This document shows, in pieces, positions 1 to 13,059 of a stretch of 64,000 bases of DNA (within the stretch, counting starts at the first letter, position 1; every line of letters starts with the position of its first letter). A model generated the notes under the pieces. That model searched no databases, was not told the origin of the DNA, and saw only the letters and a program-made list of their open reading frames with translations. Where the stretch lies: positions 86,366,001 through 86,430,000 of the forward strand of contig OZ024743.1 of assembly GCA_964016885.1 (NCBI GenBank), given 5' to 3'. Origin of the DNA: Eledone cirrhosa. Lineage: Eukaryota. The position numbers and the translations under genes are program-made.

Positions 1-318
1 GGTCATGTAAATTATTATTAACTTCGTATCAGTTTTTAGTTTTGTCGGAGAAAATGAACTTATTTTTAGAGGATTTGAATATTGAAATATCATTAGATAG
101 TTTAGATTGAAAAGGTTTTTTTTGCCCGTTAAACTCTTGCCTTTCTTGAGGAGATTTTTCAAATATTTCACAGGACGTTTTTCGTATTCGTCTTATTCGG
201 GAAACCTCTGGTAATGAGGTAATTATATTGTATTGTTTATTATACATTAAATTTAGCTCTGGTACTTACATATGACTTACTTCACTCCTATGACTTTTTC
301 AATTTTCAACGGAAACTT

Positions 319-320
<2 letters not shown>

Positions 321-400
<80 letters not shown>
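321..400. repeat. (TA)n microsatellite
   Basis: Pure TA run; generates spurious YI/IY ORFs. Confidence 0.98.
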
Positions 401-404
<4 letters not shown>

Positions 405-589
405 GAGGTAAATATCTCACTGAGTACTAAGTACCCATAGAGATATATAGGGTGTCTATAATATAATTGTTGTTCTATGGTACTAATTCGAGATACCAGA
501 ACTATAAAAATTGATGAGCAGAACAAACAAACATTAAACAATCCTTTAAATAAATTAAAAAATGATTTAAATATCTACCTGTTCATAAT

Positions 590-668
590 GCTATTACCGG
601 CGGTTTCTATCTACAAAAGATTGGAAATTCAGAGAATTTCCAACGGAAAGTAGATTTCATCAGATAGC
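590..668 (-). ncRNA. Type I hammerhead ribozyme (Penelope-like element remnant)
   Basis: Minus strand: GCTAT-CTGATGA-[stem II ATCTAC..TTGGAAATTC-TCT-GAATTTCCAA..GTAGAT]-GAAA-CCGCCGG-TA-ATAGC; complete core, GUA cleavage triplet, stem I GCTAT/ATAGC. Confidence 0.85.
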
Positions 669-1006
669 TATTTCCTTTCCTTCGATATGCAAATTGGGCT
701 ACTCAGCCGTTAATATGCATTAGGTAAGTATATACGTTCAATAATCTGGCAGGAAGGTATACGTTGCTGACGATAGCTAATAAGCTTGAAACTAGTACAT
801 CGTTCCTTTGTCAGTGTTGAACAAACGAGCAACGATGGTTGCTGGACACTACGGCTTAATACGGGATGTTTGTTTACAAACACACCGAGCATTATAATAA
901 ATGTTCGGTGAATCCATACGTACATATATATATGTGTGCATGTATGTATATATATATATACATACTACTGTACATCTGTATACATATATGTATGTACGTG
1001 TACATA

Positions 1007-1037
<31 letters not shown>

Positions 1038-1039
<2 letters not shown>

Positions 1040-1150
1040 TCGCTGAATGGTTAGAGAAATGGATTCGCAATCGTGAAGTTGTGAGTTCGATTCCTGGACC
1101 GGGCGATGCGTTATGTCCTTGGATAAGACACTTTATTCAGGTTGCTCCTT
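1038..1150 (+). mobile_element. tRNA-derived SINE fragment (CORE-like body)
   Basis: A-box-like TGAATGGTTAG, B box GAGTTCGATTCC, then TGTCCTTGGATAAGACACTT; related copy near 57645-57925. Confidence 0.65.
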
Positions 1151-1485
1151 CTACCTGGATTTGCGACCGATAGAGAGTAGTAGCAATTAGAAAGACCAAT
1201 GGAAACATTGTTTCCTCGGTCCGATTTGGCGATTTGTGTGTGTAGTTCATTGTTTTACGATCGTTTGAGAGGATTGATTGATAATGGTAGATCGATATAT
1301 TATCTAGTCGGTATTGATTATGTCACTACCTATTTCTAGTCTCGAAATCCCTGATCCTTCAACCCATCCTCCTCAGAAACTCTCCATTTTTTTAGGGAAA
1401 CTTATGCGACGACGAGAGCCTACTACAAAAACTGTAGCTTCCACGTCTTGTTGAAGCCATCTGTTCAAGTCTGCATTGAGTTCTA

Positions 1486-1671
1486 ATAACTGTTTCTACT
1501 TTTTGGCACAAGGCCAGCAATTACCCAGTGCATTACTGGTACTTTATTTTATCGACCCCGTAAGGATGAAAGGTAAAGTTGACCTCGGCGGGATTTGAAC
1601 TCAGATCATAAAGGGACGTAACTATGCTAGAAAGCATGGCGTCTGACCCTCTACCGATACTGCCAATTCAC
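1486..1671 (-). mobile_element. tRNA-derived SINE, dominant family of the window
   Basis: Reverse complement of TGGCAGTATCGGTAGAG..GAGTTCAAATCCCGCCGAGGT..CTTTCATCCTTACGGGGTCGATAAAATAAAGTACCAG..GCTGGCCTTGTGCC, which recurs many times in the window. Confidence 0.9.
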
Positions 1672-1731
1672 TGTCCTTGAGTTCTAATAACGTTATCAGC
1701 CCCACCATTAGCATGTGGATACCAGTATATA

Positions 1732-1831
1732 CAGGGTGTCCCCCAAAGATGTATACACACTTCAACAGCATTCTAATAAATATTGTTTGCACAGGTAATC
1801 AAAGTGTGTATATACTTTTTGGGGACACCTG
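1732..1831. mobile_element. 100-bp Tc1/mariner-type MITE
   Basis: TA-CAGGGTGTCCC...GGGGACACCTG-TA: imperfect ~30-bp terminal inverted repeats and TA TSD. Confidence 0.8.
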
Positions 1832-2019
1832 TATATATATGTGAACAAATAACAATCACCGAGGTTCAACTCATGTAACCTACCTTATATATTTTTTTGG
1901 ATTAACTCCCTTTCCCTTCTCCCCTTCTCTCTCTATCCCTTTTACTCACACCCTCGGTCTTCTACCCCCTCTCACTTCCGATTTCTCCGTCTTTCTCTCC
2001 CTCTCTCTCTCTCTGCACT

Positions 2020-2436
2020 AACTTTACTGAGAATAGTCATGGATTTACCTAGCTCTTCTGTTATTATGCCCCCCGGGCTTAAACCCAAGGGCTTTTTTTT
2101 TAACTTGATCCATTTTCTCTTCGGTTACTCACTTACATATGCCATAGTCCTGTCTTCCCCCTTCTATCGGTATGTTTACTTCGTTTTTTTTCTTCCTTTT
2201 TCTTCTTCTCCCCTTTTTTTCTTTCTTTCTCTCCCTTCGCAATCACTTCTTTCTCTCATGGCTTTTGATAGATAAAAGGATATGGGCGCGCTATGGATAG
2301 ATATTCTGTTTATAATGCGCCGAAACATCCATGATCCGTAGTTAACAGCTGACGAAGGGAAACTGTCCATCTCTTGTTTGTGTCGCCTTACCTTCGAACA
2401 CTCGTTATCAGTAACCACACAGCCTCGCCTTCCTCA
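2020..2436 (+). mobile_element. Penelope-like element 3' remnant
   Basis: Decayed GIY-YIG C-terminal motif (WI..L....PPGL), degenerate hammerhead halves (GAAAC..GTA, CTGACGA), ends at a TA run. Confidence 0.45.
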
Positions 2437-2484
2437 ATATATATATATGTTAATAAATGGAAGCTATCTTTATAAAACCATATT

Positions 2485-2543
2485 TATTTTATTATATATT
2501 TCAATGGTACCAACATTTTTGTACGCTCTCATCAGATAAAATA
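2485..2543 (-). ncRNA. Minimal hammerhead ribozyme (left arm)
   Basis: Minus strand: TATTTTAT-CTGATGA-GAGCGTAC..GTACCATT-GAAA-TATA-TA-ATAAAATA. Confidence 0.65.
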
Positions 2544-2593
2544 CAAAAGTTGGTTTACAGATAGTGACATATTCATCTGTAAACCAACTTTTG

Positions 2594-2654
2594 TATTTTA
2601 TCTGATGAGAACGTACCAACATGTTGGTACCCTTGAAATATATATAATAAAATA
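2594..2654 (+). ncRNA. Minimal hammerhead ribozyme (right arm)
   Basis: TATTTTAT-CTGATGA-[GTACCAAC AT GTTGGTAC]-GAAA-TATATA-TA-ATAAAATA; 8-bp stem I, palindromic stem III. Confidence 0.8.
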
Positions 2655-2791
2655 AATATGGTTTTATAAAGATAGCTTCCATTTATTAATATTATTGCTA
2701 TTATACTCCAGAAGAAATACTGTTGAGTGCTTCTAATCTGTTATAAACTAAATTTGTTGAATAATCAACAAATTAAATAACTCATTGTTTA

Positions 2792-3380
2792 TCTGTATAT
2801 ATATAAAGCTGTAGTTTTCTGTATGTGTGTATATGTGTGTGTGGAAAATTTTTAATGAGGGCTCATATATTCTAAACTATTTATGCGATTTCTTTGAACT
2901 TTTTTACAGAGCTTCTCCTTGCACAAAACCTGTACAAAATCGATATTGGAGCCTTTGGAGACATTAAAAAAGTTTCGGTTATTTGTGTGAATTTTCGTGA
3001 TTAAGTAAGACAAGAGTTATCTTTAAGTAAGATAAGAGTTATCTTTCGTAATTCGGCTCATTCGGATTTTAATTTACTCTTACGCTTCCTTGAGACTAAC
3101 AATATCATTTTGTATATTTCACAACCAGCAATTTCTAACAGATTACTAAGTTAAGTTATAGATTTGACATTGTATAATTTATCGTTTCAAGCTTGATGTT
3201 CATACATTAAGTGATGTCATAACTTTTACAATATTATGCTTTGTACATAATAGTGTCTATTATTCACTTCACTTCTCTAGTTCATGATGCGCTTTTACTG
3301 TTGTCAAAAATATTTATACCTAGACTGGATTTTTGTTGTTACATGGTATAACGGATGACACCGAGCTAACATATTAATTA
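2792..3380 (+). mobile_element. Possible non-autonomous Helitron-like element
   Basis: TCTGTATATATATAAAG start followed by a TGTG tract, resembling the element at 24586; 3' end unclear. Confidence 0.3.
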
Positions 3381-3799
3381 TTTCGCTGGAATAGTGCCTA
3401 AGGTATTCATGTTTACATAAAGTACGTTTTTCTTCTATGTATTCAAATTTACTTTGTTTAGTTTAATGAGGGGGGGGGGGGTAGTCCGGCATTCGGAAGG
3501 GAGGGGCCAAAGTGGAGAGGTCCATGTGTGTCGTGTATTGTTATGTGTGTACAGGTGGAGTGTATTTCATGGATGTGCATTATTGCTTCTGTGTGTGATT
3601 GGTGTATCGTTGGTGGTAGTGCGCACGCGTGTGTCTGTGAATTCTTATGTAGTTTATTTTATGTGTGCGCGTGCGTGTGTGTTTTGTATGAGTGTGTGCA
3701 TGTATACACGCGTGTGTCTGTGAATCTGTTTGTTATTTTTCGTGTGTGCATGTGTAAACATGTAAGTGTGTGTGCATGTTTATGTATGGGTATGTGCGT

Positions 3800-3990
3800 G
3801 TCGGGTCACTCCTGAGTGCTATTGGTAACATGTAACCCAGTGCAACCTGTAGCATGGTCGGGTCGTCGGCGACTAAACCGGCAATCCCCACCAAGTTTGC
3901 TTGGCGAGGAGAAGTTTGGACAGCCTGTAGGATGAAAAACAAAACCTGACAAATGGTGGAGGATTCATGAGAGTCAACGGCCATCCAATA
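3800..3990 (+). mobile_element. RTE-clade 5' UTR fragment
   Basis: GGCGACTAAACCGGCAATCCCCACC..GAGTCAACGGCCATCCAA, homologous to 12440-12633, 49310-49460 and 55068-55240. Confidence 0.75.
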
Positions 3991-4559
3991 GTGTGTATAT
4001 ATGTATATATTGTGTGGGTGTGTATATGTAGGTGTGTGGGGGATTGTTTGCGTATGCGTGTGTATGCATGCATTTAAAAAAAAAACTTTTAAACTTTTAA
4101 ATGATTCTTTTTTATTTCATTTTATCTTATTTATTTATTTGGAAAAACTTGCAGTTGAAAAACTTGCAGTTACCAATAATTTTTTTTCTGCGAGAAAGAC
4201 TCTGAAAAGGCTACGGTTGATAGAGCTACCGATCATCTTTCATTTGCTTGACATTGGATTGTTGGTACTTAGAGGTATTAGAGAGTTGCATGTGTATAGC
4301 ACAATCACATGCTGCTTTGATATTATTGTGCAGATATCGCTTGGCGATGAGGAAGCAGCAATGTATTCAGACTTAAAGAGTTGGAGGTATACAGTTGCTA
4401 ATCTCCACGCAGACGGTTTAAGGCTTACCTAACGTCATTGCCAGTTTCCGTAATAGAAACTGGTTTGGGCGGAGTATTTTGTAACTGAGCGGCCCTTTCA
4501 AATCTTTGGAGAGATCTAAAAACATTGTCTGTTATACCACCAGGGTGGTCGGAATGTTA

Positions 4560-5170
4560 GAATATTTCTTGACAGGAAATCATCCACAAATCCAAAACTG
4601 CTATTGTTGGCAGAGAATTGAGCGGGTATAATATTGATTTCTTTATTTATTTTATAATATTGATATAACTGTACTCTCTGAAACCCGTCTTAGTGGGGAA
4701 GATCATCTATCAGAGATGGGTGCTGAGTATACGTTATTCTGGAAAGGGAAACCAAATGGGGAGAAAAGGAATGGAGTAGTAGGTTTCGCTGTCCGAACAG
4801 AGATCAGAAAGTGGCTGGAGCAGCCACAAGGCATCAGTGATCGTATCATGCGCCAAAGGGTTCCTCTTTCAAGAGTATATTTCATGACTGTCATTTCAGT
4901 GTATGCCCCTACCCTGCATAGTAGCCAGGAATAAATCATGGCTTTCTACCAAGATTTACGAGGGTGTATAACATCGATTCCACATTCGGACAAGATCTTG
5001 CTCCTTGGAGATTTCAATGCACGTGTGAGTGTTTTAGGACGTCACAGCATGGAAAAGATGAATGCCAATGGGCTTCCAGCAGGAATTGAGGTGTGACGTA
5101 TGTGGTCGATTTCTTCTATCAAGAGTTGGACTTGTTAACCATCTGAAGTCTCACAAGCCAGAGAGAAATC
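4560..5170 (+). mobile_element. Internally deleted RTE (BovB-like) LINE: AP endonuclease joined to terminal C2H2 finger
   Basis: SETRL, YTLFWKG, GFAVR, ISVYAPT, LLGDFNARV motifs followed within ~70 bp by CDVCGRFLLSRVGLVNHLKSH. Confidence 0.8.
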
Positions 5171-5469
5171 GAATGTGTGTTGACGTGATTGTGGTCTGTT
5201 ATTATAATTGATTAGTTCATTAGTAACGTTAGTAGGATTAAATTGTTCGTTGTCGTATAGGTGTAATTAATTAATTAGTTGTGTTGGTGTGTGTATGTTT
5301 TGTCGGAGGTTGCGTACGCATTTGAAGATGGGGAGGGGGAAGATAGTGGACATGCAGGTGATATAGTCGAGTGCGGGGTGGATATAACGGCCGTATAGCT
5401 CGGGGATGGGGCCAGCGTATTGGGAAAAGATTTGGTGGAGGTATATGATATATATATATACAGTGTATC

Positions 5470-6130
5470 ACCTTACTGAGGTGTCAGGTGATTCCCGTGA
5501 GGGTGCCTGGTTATTTCAGCGCATTAGCCTCACCATCACCCGCGGTAATGCTACGAGCGTGTTGGCTTGCCTCAAATGTGTAGGCCGGTTCCCCCGAGAA
5601 GCCGCTCTCAACGACATGTTGAATAGAAGTCTGGACGCAGCTGGCTTTCCATCTCAATTGGAGCCAGCAGGCCTAGACCACGGAGATGGCAAGTGCCCCG
5701 ACGGAATCACCCTCTTCCCATTCGAAGGAGGTAGATCCCTCATCTGGGACGCCACGTGCTGCGACACGCTCCGCCTCCAGCTTAGTCGCTTCGGCCATAA
5801 ACCCCGGCATCGTGGCCCGCCTTGCAGAAGAACGTAAAATAAACAAATACCGGGGGTTGTCCGGCTGCTTCTTCTTCGCACAGGTCGCAGTCGTACTGCC
5901 GGGGGGGGGGGAGTCACGTGAGGTTGGGTGGCTGTTGCAGCGGGTGTCACTGGTCATCGTCCACGGGAATGCTTTTGCAATCTTGTTCGCGGGGCGCAGC
6001 ACTCCAGCCCACCTTGTCCTAGGCCCAAAGCCCAATTTCCCCCCTCACCCTCTCCTTTCTTCTGCGACATCAAAGCTCTTGGCATTCCCTCTCCTTCCCG
6101 TTCTTTTTATTATTATTATTATTGTTGCTG
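5470..6130 (+). mobile_element. Two tandem 3' fragments of CRE-clade (RLE-endonuclease) non-LTR retrotransposons
   Basis: [15 protein letters not shown], then [39 protein letters not shown]; (TAT)n after the 3' UTR. Confidence 0.8.
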
Positions 6131-6329
6131 TAAATAATATCATGTTTATACATAAATAACATTCCAAATGCGTAAAAAAACATTTTAAATTGCTCGCAAT
6201 TCATTCAGAAGGACATTACAAACATAATGTCTAAACCATGTGTAATAACACAATAATATAAATTCATTGAACAAAAATGATAAAGGGAAGAAAAAGGAAG
6301 GAAAAATGGGAGGGGGGCAATTCACCACC

Positions 6330-7990
6330 AAGTGTGATAATCAGCCGCACCTCACACCTTAGGGGTCCAAGCCAGACTCGTTCCAGTTGCGTTGGACCGT
6401 AGTATAATAGGGGATAGAGAGGCCTTCGTCTGTCCAGCAGGCCAGAGCTTGTTCCATCTCAGGGGCCAGGTCAGGTTCCACCGTCTAGCTGAGAACCTCG
6501 CTGACGAGAGCGTGACAGGAGGAGATAGAGAAGAGGTAGATAGATAAAGCTAGGTCCGAAGCTGATCGGAGGTCGAGGCCACCGAACCTCAATGGGAGTG
6601 TCACCTGTTGTCCGCCTGCGCTGTCGAAACAGACATTGCAGATGAGTTCCGCACAGCATCGAATGGTAGCGTCAAGTTCTCCGAGAAGATCTGCGTGGGG
6701 GTGGCAAGGTGCAGCGTGAATGTGAATTTGGGGAGGGCGAAACAGTTCCTCAAGAGGAAGGGCGCGGGATAAGCGTCAATGAAGCGCAGGCTCTCTGTCA
6801 ATCGGGACAAATCCGCATGCTTGGTCTCCAGGTATTCTCTTATGGCTTTCGGGAGAATGGGGGAGCCAAGAATGCATGCGGCGTCCTTGGGTATCAGTCG
6901 AGCCCCGGCTAGGATAGGGTGGGAGTAGAGTACGGTGTTGCGGAATTCGGCCTCTCCGTAGCTGATATTGGTCACCTCAGACTAGGTTGGGTTGATCTCA
7001 AGTCCAAGGAGCTTTAGAGTTGGGATGATTTGTCGAAGGTCCTCAACTAGCGTCTCAACCTGGCCACCCAGGGTCGCGTCGGCGAGATACCAGACGTTGA
7101 GGGGTGACCGGACCGACCGAGCTACCTCGTCAACTGCCAGAACGAATAGGAGCAAGCCGAGTGGGTGCCCCTGCTGGATATCTGTGGCGGAAGTAACCCT
7201 GTTGTCGGCGTCCATGGGGGAGCTAGGTCTTCCGTACGAAAGGTGAACGAGGGTGTAGATGGAGGAGGCTCGTCTGAGACATGTCTCTAGGACGTGATCC
7301 CGTCTAACTCTGTTGACGACGTTAGTCATGTCCAGCTTTACGAGAAGGTGGGGTGACGAGGGAGGTGTGTGCTCTACGATGTGTTTGGCTGCATGAGCAG
7401 CGGCCTCACAGCCGCACCTGATTCCCACTCCGAGCTGGACAGGGCTTAGCACCTCGCTCAAGTCGTCTTTGACTGTCTTGCAAGCTATCTTGGCTGCAAG
7501 TTATCGGAAGACGTTACCCACCGCGATGGGGCGGACGCCTCCATCATTCTTCCTCAAGGCAGTCAAGCTGGCTTAGAAGAAAAGATCGCGGCATGGCTGG
7601 GCAAGTTGGTGCGGAGGAGACAGTTGATGAGGGCTATTAATGACTGGAGCAGTCGGACCCCTGCTTCCGCCGCATGAGATGAAATGACCTCTCGGAGGTA
7701 ATCGGGGCACAAGCCGTCTACGCCGCCACTGCTGCTACCAGAAAAAGATCTTAGGGCGGCTACCACATCCTGGCTGGACGCTGCCAGGGAGAGATTGCTG
7801 CTTGGGGCCGGAGCGTCCCTGATGTCAGCAGGAGGGTCAGGATATTTGAGGCGGAGCGCTGACAAAACATCCGGTGTTGGTCGGAGCACAGCGTCAGTTG
7901 AGGCCAGCACACGAACAGCCACCGAAACGTCGCCCTCAATTAGTTTCAGGTTGACTCTGTCCCTCAGACGTTTTGTGCTGTCGTGTGTCG
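6330..7990 (-). mobile_element. CRE-clade reverse transcriptase relic (frameshifted)
   Basis: SSGGVDGL, RPIAVG, QLGVG..GCEAAAHA, LVKLD, QQGHPLGLLLF, WYLAD (decayed YLDD), ILGSP. Confidence 0.85.
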
Positions 7991-8382
7991 ATTGGGGGCG
8001 TTATTTAAAACATATTTTATTTGTAATGTTATTACAAATAAAATATTGCCAGCATATTTTAGTTTGATGTAAGGAATGTAGAGAATAATAATAATAATAT
8101 TAATAATAATAATTCCTTAGATCAAACTAAAATATGCTGACAATCTTTTAATAATGTCTTCCTTATGAAATTTGTGGCCTTGTTTTGCTTAACTAATGAA
8201 TATTTCCAGCTCTGCGCGCCTAACTTCTGCATGAACCCAGCCACCTAGCTGCTTTCTACTGCATATTGCACATTGAGCACATGCCTTTACGCTTTGGTTT
8301 CTAACTAATTCACCAATCTCTCCTCTCCTATCTCCTCTCCTATCTCCATCTCTCTCTTTAAGATTGGTTACTCTTGAACTGT

Positions 8383-9364
<982 letters not shown>

Positions 9365-9385
9365 CGTATATATATATATATATAA

Positions 9386-10223
9386 TATAAGATCAAAAGA
9401 TGGTTAAAGGAGTTCCATGTATTTTATTATGCGCATTTCAAAAACAAACATCATCATGCAATAATATTTGTGTTTTCATCAGATAAAACAGGAGAACATG
9501 ATATGAAGGCTAAAAAACACTTGTGGATAGTGCAGTTTTAAATCTACATATGAAAAGTGGTTTTAGATTGATGTGTGATATTGGGAAAAATATTTTATTT
9601 AGAGAGAGAGGGGGGGGGGGTGGAAAGGATGAAAAAGGGGAGGAGATGAGAGGGAGAGATGGGTGATAGAGAGAAAGAGATAGCTTTTATAACTGAGAGG
9701 AGATATACTGTCCCACACAGAGAGGTTGAAAACCGTTGGAAGATAATGTATAAACCCAAAAAATTTTTTGAAAATCAACGAAAGGAGGATATGTGCGAGG
9801 AAAAAGTATTTTATTTAGGGAGGGGGGCTGGAAAGGATGAAAAAAAGGGGCAGGAGATGAGAGTCAAGGTGGAGAGGGAGAGATGGGCGATAGAGAGAAA
9901 GAGATAGTTTTTATAACTGAGAGAAAGATACATTGCCTTACACAGAGAGGTTGAGAAACCGTTGGAAGATAATGTATAAATTAAAGGAATTTGAAAATTA
10001 ACGAAGGGAATTTATGTATGAAGATAGAGAGAAGAAATAATAATTGTGGATGAATATTCTAACGTCAAAAAAAGGGTATGTTGTGGCAATTTCAAAATTA
10101 ACGAAGAGAAAAATTATTAAGGTTTGTGTGTAGAAGGATTTGAGAAAAATAATGATTTGAGAAAAATAATGATTTGAGAAAAATAATTGCTTTATTGTAC
10201 TACAATAAAACTCACCTCCTACA
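9386..10223 (-). mobile_element. Penelope-like element 3' remnant with ~210-bp internal tandem duplication
   Basis: Hammerhead near the 3' end; 9620-9800 and 9830-10020 are diverged direct repeats; flanked by TA arrays. Confidence 0.55.
9422..9488 (-). ncRNA. Minimal hammerhead ribozyme
   Basis: TTTTAT-CTGATGA-[AAACACAAATATTAT..ATGATGTTTGTTTTT]-GAAA-TGCGCA-TA-ATAAAA. Confidence 0.8.
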
Positions 10224-10224
10224 T

Positions 10225-10262
<38 letters not shown>

Positions 10263-10263
10263 C

Positions 10264-10325
<62 letters not shown>

Positions 10326-10451
10326 GTATATATATATATATTTATATATATATACGTATACATATATATCTATATATCTATATATATATATATATATATA
10401 CGTATATACGTATATATATATATATATATACGTATATATATATATATATAC

Positions 10452-10539
<88 letters not shown>

Positions 10540-10656
10540 GTATATATATATATATATATATGCGTATATATACGTATATATATATATATATACATGCATA
10601 TGTATATATATATATATATGTGTATACGTATATATATATATATATATATATATACG

Positions 10657-10692
<36 letters not shown>

Positions 10693-10693
10693 C

Positions 10694-10746
<53 letters not shown>

Positions 10747-10764
10747 ATATATATATATGTATAC

Positions 10765-10823
<59 letters not shown>
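10224..10823. repeat. ~600-bp (TA)n array punctuated by TACG
   Basis: Direct inspection; source of the 220-232 aa YI ORFs. Confidence 0.98.
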
Positions 10824-10825
<2 letters not shown>

Positions 10826-10838
10826 GGAACGAGTAGGA

Positions 10839-10932
10839 CCCCGACGGCTGAGTTCAAGCCGTTTCGACGGCTAATTCTGGACTAAATGAACATTTTAATC
10901 CTGGTACATGAATAGCCGAGCTTCTCAGGGGG
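10839..10932 (-). ncRNA. Hammerhead ribozyme variant with full stem III
   Basis: CCCC-CTGAGAA(one core deviation)-[GGCTA..TAGCC]-GAAA-CGGCT TGAACTC AGCCG-TC-GGGG; GUC triplet. Confidence 0.65.
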
Positions 10933-11693
10933 TAATTCCATATATGGTAAAAGTGATTGTCACAAGGATTGGTAAAAAGTTTGTTGTTGAGACACATAAT
11001 TCTATCATGTCATTTTGTGGAGGGAAGGGGTAGCTGAACTTGCCAGTAGAAGAAAGAGGGAGAGGGAGTGAAGGAAACCCAGTCGTGCGTTGATAGTGCC
11101 AACTACAGCAGAATCCTAAGGATAAGAGGTCAAGAGAAGTATACTAGGGAGGGGGAGGGGGAGGACGTCGAAACAATAAGTAAATCAATATGGAGTAAAT
11201 ATATAGAAGAATAATAATGTTAAAAATATAAAAAAAACAAAACAATTTCTGGTTACTAATCCCCTACCACAATCATCAAGTCTCTCACTGGTACTGCTAA
11301 ACTATAGAAAAGTTTAATAGGTGGGACGGAATACTAAATACGAGATTGTAGTGAAAGAATTTCATGAGTTAGTAGTAATCAGCCAAATCTATCTTACAGT
11401 GACAGGTCAACAAGTAGGGGGCCAAAATACTAAAGAAACTACTACGAAATAATAATTCAGAGACCCGAAACTAATACGAAATAATAATTCAGAATCCCGA
11501 AAATGAATACTAATACGATATATAAGAGTACAGCTACGATACATAAATTCTAATACTACATAAGTGCTCGTACGATATATATGAACAATTTAATACGAAC
11601 AACATGCTTGACGGCACAGAGTTACATCCCTTTACGGAATAATAATATTAAGAAGCAGGAACAAAGTATCAATATAACATCGCTACGTTTATT

Positions 11694-11785
11694 CACACGT
11701 GACGCACGTTTCGTGATCGATCAGCTGAAGAACGGTCGGTAGTGATCGCATCCGACTCTGGAATCGATAACTCATCAGACATATG
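11694..11785 (-). ncRNA. Hammerhead ribozyme with long stem II
   Basis: CATATGT-CTGATGA-[ATCGAT..GTCGG..CCGAC..ATCGAT]-GAAA-CGTGCG-TC-ACGTGTG, followed by AATAAA. Confidence 0.85.
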
Positions 11786-11828
11786 GATTCCCGAATGAAT
11801 GGAATTGTCTCCGGGCAGGAATACATAC

Positions 11829-12085
11829 ATGGTGGCTGCCAACTCGTTTTCGAGTACGGCCACTACTTTATTTCCATGTAGGCGAACCCTACCGATGCGC
11901 TGAACGAGTGTGACTTTTTAGTCCAGCCAGCGACTTGAAAACTCTGGTACAAACACTACACTTGTGACAATTATTGACACATAGTGCTGGGCCCATGGTA
12001 CCATGTGACGACAAGTGCAGAGAGATCTCCAGATATAAAGCAATGCCTGTGCCGTGAAGCTTTTATAGTGAGCAAAGGCACTGCA
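11829..12085 (-). mobile_element. 5'-truncated bipartite non-autonomous RTE derivative
   Basis: Near-identical to 48890-49147 and 54649-54907; encodes remnant CSVCTRVFKSLAGLKSHTRSAH; (ATGT)n tail. Confidence 0.85.
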
Positions 12086-12112
12086 CATACATACATATGT
12101 ACATACATACAT

Positions 12113-12633
12113 GATGGCTGCAAACTCTGCTAAGAATATTGCAATCATTTGTCAGATTACAGAAAATGGTACACTTTTAGGCTACGGCCAGCCACACAAA
12201 CCTGTAATATCCTGAACAAGCAATGCCTGTACTTTGGAGGTTTTTTTCAGTGAGAAAGGCTTGTACTCGACCAATCCCAGTCTCTGCGCATCGAAAACAC
12301 TACCCAAAAAGGAGAACTGGTCAACATCATCGGATGCTTCCGAAACCGCAGGTTTTTTTTCAGCGTTTCCCTCTCTTAGAAAGGTGTTGTGACAACTGGA
12401 GGCCTTTCACTCCTAGGTGAAAAAAAAAGGTACTATTTGGATGGCCGTTGACTCTACTGAGTTCCTCCGCCATTTGCCGGGTGGGTCTTGTATTTCATCC
12501 CGCAGGGTGTCCAAATATCACCCTCCTCACCAAGCAAGCTTGGTAGGGTTGCCAGTTTAGTCGCCGACGACCTGACCATGAGACAGGTTGTACTGGGTTA
12601 CATGTTACCACTAGCACTCGAGAGTGACCTGGC
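12113..12633 (-). mobile_element. Diverged bipartite RTE derivative
   Basis: RTE-type 5' UTR at 12440-12633 and GCAGCCATCAT-(GTAT) 3' end at ~12113. Confidence 0.7.
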
Positions 12634-13059
12634 ATACATATATACACACGTGCACTCATGCATACAAACATAGATACATACATTTATAAATACATACATA
12701 CATACATAGTTACGTACGTATATACAGGCATACATACACATGCATACACACACACAGACAATTGGCAACATGCCCGTGAGAAGACGAAATTCGATCACAC
12801 AGCGTGGTATCTTTGACGTGTCGTTTTACCACGCATGCCTGGGTTCATCACAACTGAAGATGTAGAAACTGTGTTAAAACCCTTCCGATGTGCTGTACCG
12901 TAGAAACTGTTAAAACCCTTTCAACGGTCTGTACTGTAGAAGTTGCTTTGAAATATTTCAACCTGTAAATTATATAGGAAAACGCTATTTTGCCGGTCCC
13001 CGGTAAAGTAGACCCCCAGGCTATTTTGCTGGTAAGAGTATCAGATATCAGGCTTTGCA

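Larger units (their letters stand above)
2450..2689. repeat. 240-bp near-perfect palindrome carrying a hammerhead in each arm
   Basis: Arms 2450-2562 and 2575-2689 are reverse complements with few mismatches; 12-nt loop. Confidence 0.95.

Noticed and set aside
1038-1110. tRNA gene (also heads of other SINEs)
   Set aside because: No complete cloverleaf; continues into a SINE body.
1395-1480. Possible host exon after TTTTTTTAG
   Set aside because: No convincing donor, no recognisable protein, no partner exons.
10174-10885. 220-232 aa YI-repeat ORFs (and similar HT/CV ORFs elsewhere)
   Set aside because: Translations of TA/CA microsatellites.
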